Origin: an uncultured Candidatus Saccharibacteria bacterium
GTDB lineage: Bacteria > Patescibacteriota > Saccharimonadia > Saccharimonadales > EFPC-124
NCBI GenBank assembly: GCA_965225085.1
Contig: CBDDBE010000002.1
Coordinates: 95,185-159,184 of the forward strand
Length of the DNA: 64,000 nucleotides
Direction of reading: 5' to 3'
Below, in pieces: positions 9,310-18,203 of this stretch (positions within the stretch are counted from its first letter, which is position 1; each line of letters starts with the position of its first letter). Made by a program: the position numbers and the translations under genes. The notes under the pieces were generated by a model, which saw nothing but the letters and a program-made list of their open reading frames with translations, was not told where the DNA came from and made no database searches.

Positions 9310-9786
9310 GTGTTCATGCTCCACACCAAGCGCGTCACGGCCGGCGGTCTGGTATTGGCCACTGTGGCCATCCTTGCCGTTTACCTGATGCAGCTGATCT
9401 ACTCCGCCGCGAGTTTGAACTCGTGGGCAGGAGTGGATCTGACGTCCCCGTTGATGTCCACCGCGATCATCGGGGTGCTGCTGCTCGGCGTGATGTGTTC
9501 GATCACCCTCCTGGCGTGCGTCAGCACGTCCAACTCGACCAAGAAGGAGTACCACATGTTCACCATGTTCACCCGGACCCTGCGCTCCCGGCTGCGTCCC
9601 GCCCTCACGGCGCTGGCGATGCTGCTGCTGGCTGTGCTGATCGTCCTCGTGGGGTCCAAGGTGCTGTTCGTCGCCGTTCCGGCCGCGATCATCATCGGCG
9701 GGGTCAGCCTTGCCTTGCGGGACACCACGCCTGCGAAGCTCAAGGGGCGGTACGGCGACGGCGTCGTCCGTAGCCGCCATATCTGA
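9310..9786 (+). CDS. GC-rich orphan membrane protein (about 4 TM) with a possible second in-frame start at 9556
   Basis: Hydrophobic segments; GGAG before GTG 9310; AAGGAG before ATG 9556; hairpin GGGGCGGC/GCCGCCCC downstream. Confidence 0.65.
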   Translation: MFMLHTKRVTAGGLVLATVAILAVYLMQLIYSAASLNSWAGVDLTSPLMSTAIIGVLLLGVMCSITLLACVSTSNSTKKEYHMFTMFTRTLRSRLRPALTALAMLLLAVLIVLVGSKVLFVAVPAAIIIGGVSLALRDTTPAKLKGRYGDGVVRSRHI

Positions 9787-9841
9787 GCCCATGGGGCGGC
9801 GCGGCATTCGTGCCAGCCGCCCCAAAACACATCTCTTCGCT

Positions 9842-10447
9842 TTATTTCTTACTGTCTGTATCAGCCTCTGGGCTGTTTTTTTGTATCTTGAGACTGGTCG
9901 GCGCGAATGTTTTTTCCTGATGGACGAAATCTTCCACGAATTGTAGCGCGTGGGCTGCGAGCTCGCCCAGGTGAGTTTGCTCGGTTGGCGTGAAGCGACC
10001 TAGCACGAAATCGGCCGCGTCGTATTTGGCCGACTGCGGGCTATCTATACCCACGCGAATCCGCGCAAAATCTGGACCGACATGCGCGATGATGCTCTTG
10101 ACGCCGTTATTCCCTGCGTCAGAGCCCTCCAGGCGTGTTCTAAGCGTGCCAAATGGCAAAGCAAGCTCATCATGTATAACCAGTATGTCGGTGGCAGGCT
10201 CGAGCTTGTAGAAGTCGATAACTGCCCTGACCGCCTCCCCGCTTTGGTTGTAGTAGGTCGCTGGCTTCAGCAGCGCCACCTTCTCGCCGCCAATGGTCAT
10301 TTCGGCGATGTCGCCTTTGAATTTTGGCTTTGACTGCCACGCCGCGTTATACTGCCGGGCGATGTGGTCCAGCAATAAGAAACCAACATTGTGGCGTGTC
10401 AGTTCGTAGCGAGTTTCGGGATTACCGAGGCCGATGATGAGCTTCAT
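9842..10447 (-). CDS. pth: Peptidyl-tRNA hydrolase
   Basis: LIIGLGNP, TRHNVGF, LVIHDEL and RIRVGI motifs. Confidence 0.97.
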   Translation of the reverse strand: MKLIIGLGNPETRYELTRHNVGFLLLDHIARQYNAAWQSKPKFKGDIAEMTIGGEKVALLKPATYYNQSGEAVRAVIDFYKLEPATDILVIHDELALPFGTLRTRLEGSDAGNNGVKSIIAHVGPDFARIRVGIDSPQSAKYDAADFVLGRFTPTEQTHLGELAAHALQFVEDFVHQEKTFAPTSLKIQKNSPEADTDSKK

Positions 10448-10546
10448 GGTATTAAGTATCTGAATTTATGCGACAAAAGGCAAGCACGGCAAGGTTGTGC
10501 TATAGTAATGATCGCCCTATTTTCTACACCTAGGGAGGTGAGAAAA

Positions 10547-10945
10547 ATGCAGGAAATGGTGAGTGCCCAGGAACGGGCACTCGACGAGCTGGCGAAGCGG
10601 CTTCGGGATGGCACGTTCAACGCGTCGATTCGGGTTGGAACCTGGGATTACCATGACTTGATGGATCACGGTTCCAGTCAGATGTTCGAGCGGCTGAGGG
10701 CTCGTGTCGAAGAAGTTAACGGTGCGACCACCGCTAGGTGGGTTCTGCGAGCCGACGAGTCATTCTGGAAAGGGAGAGCCAACAAGCAGCTGATCATGTT
10801 GCTTGTGGTCCGGGCTGCGGCTACAGACGGCCAGCGTCCAATGGCGGATGTAACGAGTCTGTCGGAGAGCGATCGGCTGTATGCCCTGATCGCACCGCTA
10901 GGTGGCTCTAACGGGATGTCGCTGGTGCGAGGCCGCGGCGTCTAG
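10547..10945 (+). CDS. Hypothetical protein, apparent distant paralog of the next gene
   Basis: SD GGGAGGTG, TGC-TATAGT upstream, hairpin downstream. Confidence 0.65.
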   Translation: MQEMVSAQERALDELAKRLRDGTFNASIRVGTWDYHDLMDHGSSQMFERLRARVEEVNGATTARWVLRADESFWKGRANKQLIMLLVVRAAATDGQRPMADVTSLSESDRLYALIAPLGGSNGMSLVRGRGV

Positions 10946-11043
10946 CTGTTCCCGAACGGCGCGCGGTTGTAACGATCGCGCGCCATATAATATCTATGGT
11001 ATAGTGTTACGACAATCCGTTGCCAAACGAGAAGGTGATGAGC

Positions 11044-11475
11044 ATGACAGATGAGCGAACTCAAGCGTTGCTGGTGCGGAGTGTTAAGGCAGTGGGGGTT
11101 AGTATGCTCCGCAACGTGCCGCTAGAGCTCCGGCTCCGTGAAGGCAGTCAGCCATACCATACGTTGTGGACTGCCGACCCGACTGCTACATTCGATGGAC
11201 TAAAGGCTGCTGTCGCAGTTGCCCACATCGAGGAGAGGTATAAGACCAAGGATAACATCAAGCCGTCTGGGCGTACGCTTCTCTCCGCTAGCGGCGCGTT
11301 GCTGCCCAAGGATCTTGAGGGCATTGTACTTCAGCTGGTTGTGGTTTGCCCCGGTGGTCATAGACATAGGGACTCTGAGGTCCAAGCCCTGCAGCCAGGT
11401 GATTGGCTATTTGCGGTGACTACGCCAGACCCTAAGTCGCTGCATCTGAGCCTGAAGTGCTTCACGATCGGCTAG
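11044..11475 (+). CDS. Hypothetical protein, apparent distant paralog of the previous gene
   Basis: TGG-TATAGT upstream; SD AAGGTG; shared residue pattern with 10547-10945. Confidence 0.65.
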   Translation: MTDERTQALLVRSVKAVGVSMLRNVPLELRLREGSQPYHTLWTADPTATFDGLKAAVAVAHIEERYKTKDNIKPSGRTLLSASGALLPKDLEGIVLQLVVVCPGGHRHRDSEVQALQPGDWLFAVTTPDPKSLHLSLKCFTIG

Positions 11476-11498
11476 TGGGCTCACAATGGCCAACGCGG

Positions 11499-12872
11499 TT
11501 AACGAGCCGCGTTGGCCTTTTCATTTGTGCCGTTTGCACGGGCATCGCGCTGCTTTTCGGCTTTTTCGTCGCGGTAGCTAAACATAATGGGCGTGCCAAC
11601 GAAATCGTACATATCGCGCATGGCGTGCTCTAGGTACCGTTTGTAGCTCCAGTGCAGGTACCGGAGGTCACTGCCAAACAGCACAAACCATGGCGGTGTG
11701 ACATCTGTCTGGACCAGATAGCGGAGTTTTGGATGTGAATTGCGTAGACCGGCTGGTGGATGTTGGTCCATGGCTTTGCGCAGTACGCGGTTGAGCTCAG
11801 CGGTCTTGAATTGCTGGTGACGACGCTCGTCGATTTGTACGGCGAGGTCGAAAATTCTGGTCACGTTCTGGCCGGTCACGGCGCTGGTAAAGATCAGCGG
11901 AGCCCACGGCACGTGTTGATAATTTTGCATCAGGCGCTTGGCAATCTCGTCGCGGCTGAAAGGCGTCTTGTCCTCCAAGCTATCCCACTTGCTGACAACC
12001 AGGATGAGTCCCTTACCGGCTTCCTTGATGATGCCCGCTAGCTTTTGGTCCAGGGCGACATGCAGCTCATTGACGTCCATCAACAGCAGGCAGATGTCTG
12101 ATTGTTCGATTGCTTGCAGCGAACGCAGAACGCTGAACTTCTCGATGCCAACTTCTTGGCGGCCATTTCGCCGGATACCGGCTGTGTCCAGCAGTTCGAC
12201 TGGTCGCTGATGGTAATTGATGCGTGTGCGATTGACGTCGCGTGTGGTACCGGCGACATTGGCAACGATAGCCTGTTGTTTGCTGCTAAGTGTGTTAAAC
12301 AAGTGTGATTTGCCGACGTTTGGCCGGCCGATAAGTGCAATACGCAGGACGTTGTCGTCTGGTAGCGCCCGGCGCGGTGGGATGATGGCTGTGACTTCAT
12401 CGAGTAGTAGGCGCAAGTTTTGGTTGTGTTCAGCCGAGGTGCGGATGATTGTTTTGACGCCAAGACGCAAGAATTCTTCGTCCGGCAGTGCACCGGCTTT
12501 GTCGGATTTGTTGATGACAAGGATGACGGGTTTGCGCGATTTGAGCGCCTTTTTGGCCACGGCGCGGTCTTGATCGCCTGGCATGACGTCGGCTTCGACA
12601 ACGACCAAGATGACGTCGGCAGCGTCTGCGGCTTCCTCGATCTGCTCTTGGATGGTGGCTTCGAACTCATCTTCGGCCATCTTGAGCCCAGCGGTGTCGA
12701 CTAGCCAGAAATTGTGGTCGCGATAGCTGACCCTGCCCAGCACCGAGTCCCGTGTTGTTCCTGCCTCACGCGCAACAATCGCCTGCTGCTCGCCAACAAG
12801 GCGGTTAAAAAGGCTTGATTTGCCGACGTTAGCTCGGCCGACGATAGCTACCGTGGGAAGTATTTTGGACAT
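11499..12872 (-). CDS. der: Ribosome biogenesis GTPase Der
   Basis: Two G domains (GRANVGKS and GRPNVGKS, DTAG twice) and a KH-like C-terminus. Confidence 0.98.
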   Translation of the reverse strand: MSKILPTVAIVGRANVGKSSLFNRLVGEQQAIVAREAGTTRDSVLGRVSYRDHNFWLVDTAGLKMAEDEFEATIQEQIEEAADAADVILVVVEADVMPGDQDRAVAKKALKSRKPVILVINKSDKAGALPDEEFLRLGVKTIIRTSAEHNQNLRLLLDEVTAIIPPRRALPDDNVLRIALIGRPNVGKSHLFNTLSSKQQAIVANVAGTTRDVNRTRINYHQRPVELLDTAGIRRNGRQEVGIEKFSVLRSLQAIEQSDICLLLMDVNELHVALDQKLAGIIKEAGKGLILVVSKWDSLEDKTPFSRDEIAKRLMQNYQHVPWAPLIFTSAVTGQNVTRIFDLAVQIDERRHQQFKTAELNRVLRKAMDQHPPAGLRNSHPKLRYLVQTDVTPPWFVLFGSDLRYLHWSYKRYLEHAMRDMYDFVGTPIMFSYRDEKAEKQRDARANGTNEKANAAR

Positions 12873-12979
12873 TTGTATATACTATAACAGATATGAGTTA
12901 GTATTACAAAGATAAGTATAATGTGTGTTGGTTCCATCCGTAGGGCGGGAACGTGCCCTACGGATGGAACGCGATGCGT

Positions 12980-13375
12980 CTACTCGTATGGAGAGACGAA
13001 CGGCTTGTCTCTGATCGCGTCGATGCGCTGCTGGGCCTGGTCGTCTGACAGGATCAAGTGCATGCGTTCCGAGAGGCTGGTGCGCCTTGCGTTCGGGATG
13101 CGCTGGTCGCAGAATGCTTCCATCAGGTGCTCTCGCTGATTGGTTACCGGGACCTGCCCCCAGAATTCCTCGAGGCTTTCGGGGTGTACGATCGCCGGAT
13201 TGTATCCGTAGTACCCTAGCAGTTCCTTGGCCGCTTCACTGTTGAGCCATCCCAGAAACTCGGCAATGAGTTCGGGTGATGGCCTGGTCGTGAATTCTCC
13301 GTCGAAGCCCGGTGTGCGCTGCTTCTCGTACTCACTTTCCAAACGTTCGAGGAGCGGGTCTGGGTGATCGTCCAT
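12980..13375 (-). CDS. Hypothetical acidic orphan protein
   Basis: SD GAAGGGA; 16-bp hairpin GTTCCATCCGTAGGGC/GCCCTACGGATGGAAC downstream. Confidence 0.6.
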   Translation of the reverse strand: MDDHPDPLLERLESEYEKQRTPGFDGEFTTRPSPELIAEFLGWLNSEAAKELLGYYGYNPAIVHPESLEEFWGQVPVTNQREHLMEAFCDQRIPNARRTSLSERMHLILSDDQAQQRIDAIRDKPFVSPYE

Positions 13376-13510
13376 TGTATTTCCCTTCGTGATCGCAGGG
13401 CTGAACAAAGCAAACTATATCATGAACAATGATTTCGTCGCCAGAGGTGGCATACATATCAATAATGTGGTATTATATGGGGCAACTGTCGGAGAGCTAA
13501 GGAGTTCCTG

Positions 13511-13864
13511 GTGAATGCGCCAAAAGTAGTCGTGTTGTTCGTGCGGGGCAATCCCCTCGCGACGGTGTGGTTGCCGTCGGATCGTGCGCTTGAGGGCGTT
13601 ACGGTCGAGGCCCTGCCCGGAGAAACGATGACCGAAACGGCAAGGCGTTGGGCCAAGGTGAAGGTGCTCGCTCCTGTTATCAGGTTGGTGAGTCTGCCTC
13701 GCGAGCTTGGATCGGGAGACATGTGTATTTCGTGGGTGCAGGACGGTCAAAGCCCCCATGGTCTCGAGGCGGTGCCGTTCGAAGCTGCTTTGGTTGATGT
13801 GGCCTTTGGCCCATACGTCGAAGCAATCGCCGACGAACTACGCCGCTGGTCCCAGTACAGTTAG
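13511..13864 (+). CDS. Hypothetical orphan protein
   Basis: SD AAGGAG, GTG start, 13-bp hairpin downstream. Confidence 0.6.
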   Translation: MNAPKVVVLFVRGNPLATVWLPSDRALEGVTVEALPGETMTETARRWAKVKVLAPVIRLVSLPRELGSGDMCISWVQDGQSPHGLEAVPFEAALVDVAFGPYVEAIADELRRWSQYS

Positions 13865-13929
13865 CGCGTTGCCCGGCCGCTATGAACGCGGCCGGGCAAC
13901 AAGAATTGATATTATTATTCGAGTCGATT

Positions 13930-14634
13930 TTATGAGGGCTGTACGGTCTCTATCTTACCTTCTGGCAATTTTTCGAGCATGAATGGTCCAAATGATGTCC
14001 GATGCAGCCGAACTACTTCGTATCCTAGCGCGGCGAATGTGCGCCGAATTTGGCGGTTGCGGCCCTCGTGCATGACGACGCGCCATGCACGGTTGTCACC
14101 GTCGTGGAGGCGTTCGAGCTGCAGCTTGCTATTGCCATCGGGCAGCATGATCCCGTGGTCGCTTATCATCTGCTGATGTAGCGGCTGTAGGGGTTGATCG
14201 AGCGTAACTTCGTACTCCTTCACCTTTGCGAAGCTGGGATGCGTCATGCGATGAGCAAAGTCTCCATCATTCGTCAGTAAGATAAGGCCGGAGCTATCCT
14301 TGTCGAGACGCCCAACTGATTTGAGGTGGTGGTACTGAGGTGGTAGAAGCTCGTAGATGGTAGGTACCTCGCCTTGCTGACGGCGACTACAGACATACCC
14401 GATTGGTTTATTGAGGGCGATGTACGTGAATAATGCCTGGGCAGCGGTGATTGGTTTGTCGTCAACGGTAATAGCATCTGCAGGAGTGACGCGTGCGCCA
14501 AGCTCTGGCTGGGTGTCATTAACGCGCACTCTCCCCTTCTCGATGAGTTCATCAACCTGGCGTCGGCCGATGGCAAGGACACTGGCTAAGTATTTGTTGA
14601 GGCGAATAGGATCGCCTGAATGTGGAGTGGCCAT
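13930..14634 (-). CDS. S4-domain rRNA pseudouridine synthase (RsuA/RluB family)
   Basis: RLNKYLA, LNKPIGYVCS, VGRLDKDSSGLILLTNDG, EGRNRQIRR. Confidence 0.95.
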   Translation of the reverse strand: MATPHSGDPIRLNKYLASVLAIGRRQVDELIEKGRVRVNDTQPELGARVTPADAITVDDKPITAAQALFTYIALNKPIGYVCSRRQQGEVPTIYELLPPQYHHLKSVGRLDKDSSGLILLTNDGDFAHRMTHPSFAKVKEYEVTLDQPLQPLHQQMISDHGIMLPDGNSKLQLERLHDGDNRAWRVVMHEGRNRQIRRTFAALGYEVVRLHRTSFGPFMLEKLPEGKIETVQPS

Positions 14635-14641
14635 AGTGGGA

Positions 14642-15577
14642 TTATACGGTGGGCGCTGCTGGTGGCGGCGGAACGGGTGGAGCTGTGTTTTGGCCTGGTG
14701 TGGTCACGTGGCCATCGGCGTCAATTTGAATAGTTGGCGTGGGCGGAACGGGTGGCGCCGGCGCGGCTGCAGGGTTAGTCGAGAACTGGTTCAGCTGCGT
14801 GTTTATGATTGATTGCTCCTGGGCGGTTGTGGCGACTGGCGGCCGGTTGTCGGTGTCGATGCCGGCTTCTTTGGCAAGCTCGCGATCGAGGAGCTCATTA
14901 ATGTCAACCCGTGTTGTAGCCGGGTCGCTAAGTGGCTGGATGACGCGGTTCTTTACGCTGGGAGCTGGCATGGGTGCGGGTTGGAACGATGACGACGGCG
15001 CAGGCATGGCTGGTGCGGGAGCGGGTGCAGCGGCGTAGGCTGTAGGTGCGGCTGGAGCCGGGCTGTAGGCGGTCACCGGGGTCGCGGGCGCTACCGGGCG
15101 CGGAGCGACGGGAACGGCCGCGGGTCGAGGTGGGAGCGCTGCTTGTGGGGCCACAGGTTGAGGTACTGCTTGGGGCGGTGGGGGTGCGGCTGCAGGGGCA
15201 GCGGCTGGCTGGTCGCCGAGGACTTCGTGTACAACACGGATAACATCTTCGATGCCGACTTGCGATTTGACCAAGTATCTGTCTGCGCCGAGCTGTTCGC
15301 CACGTTGGCGCTGCTCTTCGCTGCTGAGCGCGGTCATCATGATGACCTTGATATCTTTGGTCTCGGTCGTAGAGCGTAGGATGTCCAGCATATCAAAGCC
15401 GCTGATTTTGGGCATCATGACATCGCTAATGATAAGCTTCGGTCGCTCCTTGATAGCCATGGCTAACGCCTCTTCGCCATCGGCAGCCGAAACGATGTCG
15501 TACCCTTCAGCCAGAAGTCGTACGCCGTATATTTCGCGGAGGCTCTTATCGTCCTCGACAAGCATGATCTTCGTCAT
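14642..15577 (-). CDS. Response regulator receiver domain with a long Pro/Ala-rich tail
   Basis: IMLVEDD...ISDVMMPKISG...YLVK followed by a low-complexity tail. Confidence 0.9.
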   Translation of the reverse strand: MTKIMLVEDDKSLREIYGVRLLAEGYDIVSAADGEEALAMAIKERPKLIISDVMMPKISGFDMLDILRSTTETKDIKVIMMTALSSEEQRQRGEQLGADRYLVKSQVGIEDVIRVVHEVLGDQPAAAPAAAPPPPQAVPQPVAPQAALPPRPAAVPVAPRPVAPATPVTAYSPAPAAPTAYAAAPAPAPAMPAPSSSFQPAPMPAPSVKNRVIQPLSDPATTRVDINELLDRELAKEAGIDTDNRPPVATTAQEQSIINTQLNQFSTNPAAAPAPPVPPTPTIQIDADGHVTTPGQNTAPPVPPPPAAPTV

Positions 15578-15697
15578 ATTGACTTTATTGTATCATAAGC
15601 TTGATTGGCGCGGGGCCACAAATAATTTCATGGGTTTGGAGCCTTTGTTTTACGTCGTGGCTCCCCGACGCCCCCAACCACTTAGGGCGACAGATGG

Positions 15698-16213
15698 CTA
15701 CGCGATAGACAGCGTTGCATAATTTTGTATGCCGCGTTTTGCGCCTGGTTCGCGTTTGTACGTCATTTTCCCATCGTGCCAAATTACGTAGTGACCATGT
15801 CCAGCACCATACGGGTCACCACCTTCGCCGCCAAAAAAGATGTTCACCACTCCAATTCGCGTAACTTTGATAATGAGATTGCCAAGTTGGTCCTCGGGCA
15901 CTCCTGCGTCCCGAGCTAGGGTCCATTTGGCATCTTCGTACGCAATCCGTGCACTACGAATCTCGTCGAAGGCGCGTCCTTGGATCGTATCCCGACACTT
16001 GGCAAGAGTCTCTCGTATCATTTCGATTAGGGGCGAACTGCTTCTTTCTGCGCGCGCCCGTTCCAATGCTTCTTCGAAAGCATAGAATCCGGCACCAGGG
16101 CTGTAACCCTCGACTGTTCTTGGCCGACACAGCGCCTGAGAGAACGCTTTTCTCGCCTGCTGGAACGAGGTCAGCTGATCTGAAAGATCGAGCAATTGAT
16201 CGTATCCTGGCAT
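15698..16213 (-). CDS. Hypothetical protein with a C-terminal FFGG...GHGHYV motif
   Basis: 171-aa ORF; SD-like AGGTG; lies between a kinase and a regulator. Confidence 0.65.
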   Translation of the reverse strand: MPGYDQLLDLSDQLTSFQQARKAFSQALCRPRTVEGYSPGAGFYAFEEALERARAERSSSPLIEMIRETLAKCRDTIQGRAFDEIRSARIAYEDAKWTLARDAGVPEDQLGNLIIKVTRIGVVNIFFGGEGGDPYGAGHGHYVIWHDGKMTYKREPGAKRGIQNYATLSIA

Positions 16214-16310
16214 TATTGATCACCTGCTTTCGCGGGTAGGGGCAAACCACATCGTGTAATGTGATTTCGTCTTTTATAGCAGCATTTACGCTTTTGCGCA
16301 AGTGCGTCGA

Positions 16311-18008
16311 TCACTGGATGGGCGGCGGAACGGGTGGTTGTGCGGGCGCGGCAACGGGTGTCGCGCCGGGCGGGACAGCTGGTTGTTGGGTATCTTGAAT
16401 GAGCTCCGTTGCACGTTCATGGCTGATGCGCGGAATGGTGACCGAAAAGGTCGAGCCTTTGCCGTACTCGCTCTGCACGCCAATGTGACCATTGTTGCTT
16501 TCGATCAAGCGGCGGCAAATGTACAGGCCCAGGCCGGTGCCGCCAATTTCGCGGGTGTCGGAATTGTCGACACGGTAGAACTTTTGGAATAGGTGCGGCA
16601 CGTCTTCTGGCGGTATACCGATACCCGTGTCGGTGATGCTGACGATGATGTTCGTAGCGTCACCCGTGACATCGATGGTGACATTGCCCTGTTTCGTGTA
16701 TTTGATGGCATTGTCCACGAGGTTGTTCAGCACTTCGCGCAATTGGTCCTGGTCGATGTAGCTATAAAAGACTGGCGAGATCGTCCTAGTCCCCTCTTCG
16801 CCGGCGTTTCCAGCGGGTTTGAAGTACAGGAACAGACCCTTTTGCTGAGCCTTGGGCAGCAGGCTATCGACGATCCCCTTTGTGAAAGCCATCATATCGA
16901 CTGGTGTGGGCTTGGGTGCTAGGCGGCCATCTTCCGAACGCGAGACGGTCAGCAGGTCCTGAAAGAGCCGCCCGAGGTGCTGGGTGGATTCGTGAGCTTT
17001 CTCCAGGAACATTCGGGCTTTGTCGTCGATGACGGCGGTCGTTGGGTTGAGCGCCAGGCCCAAGTACCCCTCGATAGCCGCCACTGGCGTGCGCATTTCG
17101 TGGCTGGCGGTGCTGATAAATTCGGCCTTGGCACGCTCCTCTTGCTTTTCCTCGGTGATGTCACGGAATACAATTACCGCTCCTGCGGAGTTGTCCCCTA
17201 CCGGCGAGACTAACAGCGATATTAGGAGCTTCTTGCCCGAATGTGTCGTCAGCGAGTAGTCATTGGTGGTGATCGACTGATTAGTGATGAGCATTTGGCG
17301 GATTGGCGATGATTGTTCGGGCAGGTCCTGGCCCTTGCTATCGCCCATCTTGATAACCGATTTGTAGTCCAGGCCCATGGCGTCTTCCTTTGCCCATCCG
17401 AGCAGCGTCTGAGCGGCCGGATTGATCAGCTGGATTTTGCCCTCGGCATCGGTCACGACCACACCTTCGGCTATGGAATTAATGACCGTTTCGGATTTGT
17501 TAGCAACTTGGTTGAGCTCTTTTGCCATGGCGTCGTAAACCTGGCTTTTGCGGTCTTCCTGAGTGCTTTTCTCGTGCCAGATCAGGTAGCTTACCAATAG
17601 TGGCAACTCACCCGCCAGGAAAAAGATGATAATTTGCTCGCGCGTGTATGGTGCAGCACTCAGGAAGATATGGTACGCGATGGACAGGTTGGTCGCGACG
17701 AGTATCGAGCCGATCCCCCATGCGCCAAATAGGCCGGAAAAAACCGCGAGCATCATCCACATGGGGATGTACGCCGAGTGGACGCCACCGGTCATCTCGA
17801 TGAGGGATCCCAGAGTGGCGCTCATCAGGAGAAACGTCGCCAGGGCCAGCTCGTAGATCATTTTCTTGAAGGCGGCAATGTAGGAAATGATGCTTGTAAT
17901 AGCAGTAACGAGCGCCATGATTGCGACAGGCAATGGCACAAAGATATTATCGGCGCCCTGCCCATTCACAATGAACGTTCCCACGGCAAACAAACACAAT
18001 ATCATCAA
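16311..18008 (-). CDS. Membrane PAS-domain sensor histidine kinase
   Basis: About 5 TM, PAS (SIAEGVVVTD...NPAA), H-box SHEMRTP, NAIKY, DTGIG, GTGLGL; frame is open upstream to 18086. Confidence 0.95.
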   Translation of the reverse strand: MMILCLFAVGTFIVNGQGADNIFVPLPVAIMALVTAITSIISYIAAFKKMIYELALATFLLMSATLGSLIEMTGGVHSAYIPMWMMLAVFSGLFGAWGIGSILVATNLSIAYHIFLSAAPYTREQIIIFFLAGELPLLVSYLIWHEKSTQEDRKSQVYDAMAKELNQVANKSETVINSIAEGVVVTDAEGKIQLINPAAQTLLGWAKEDAMGLDYKSVIKMGDSKGQDLPEQSSPIRQMLITNQSITTNDYSLTTHSGKKLLISLLVSPVGDNSAGAVIVFRDITEEKQEERAKAEFISTASHEMRTPVAAIEGYLGLALNPTTAVIDDKARMFLEKAHESTQHLGRLFQDLLTVSRSEDGRLAPKPTPVDMMAFTKGIVDSLLPKAQQKGLFLYFKPAGNAGEEGTRTISPVFYSYIDQDQLREVLNNLVDNAIKYTKQGNVTIDVTGDATNIIVSITDTGIGIPPEDVPHLFQKFYRVDNSDTREIGGTGLGLYICRRLIESNNGHIGVQSEYGKGSTFSVTIPRISHERATELIQDTQQPAVPPGATPVAAPAQPPVPPPIQ

Positions 18009-18203
18009 CGAAATGAGGATATTGATCTCGTAAATACGGCGATACCAAAATGGTGAAGTCGATTTTATAGACGCAATGTCTGCCCCCTAAAGGAAAATGC
18101 TTACGTTTCAATTATCGTGGCTGACGGTTAGAGCGTCAAGTAGCTGGCGCCAATCGCCCCCACATACTTACGGCATGCTGGCATCTGATGCTACTATGGG
18201 AAC

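Noticed and set aside
14642-15210. Repeat-like GC-rich sequence
   Set aside because: Explained by the Pro/Ala low-complexity coding tail
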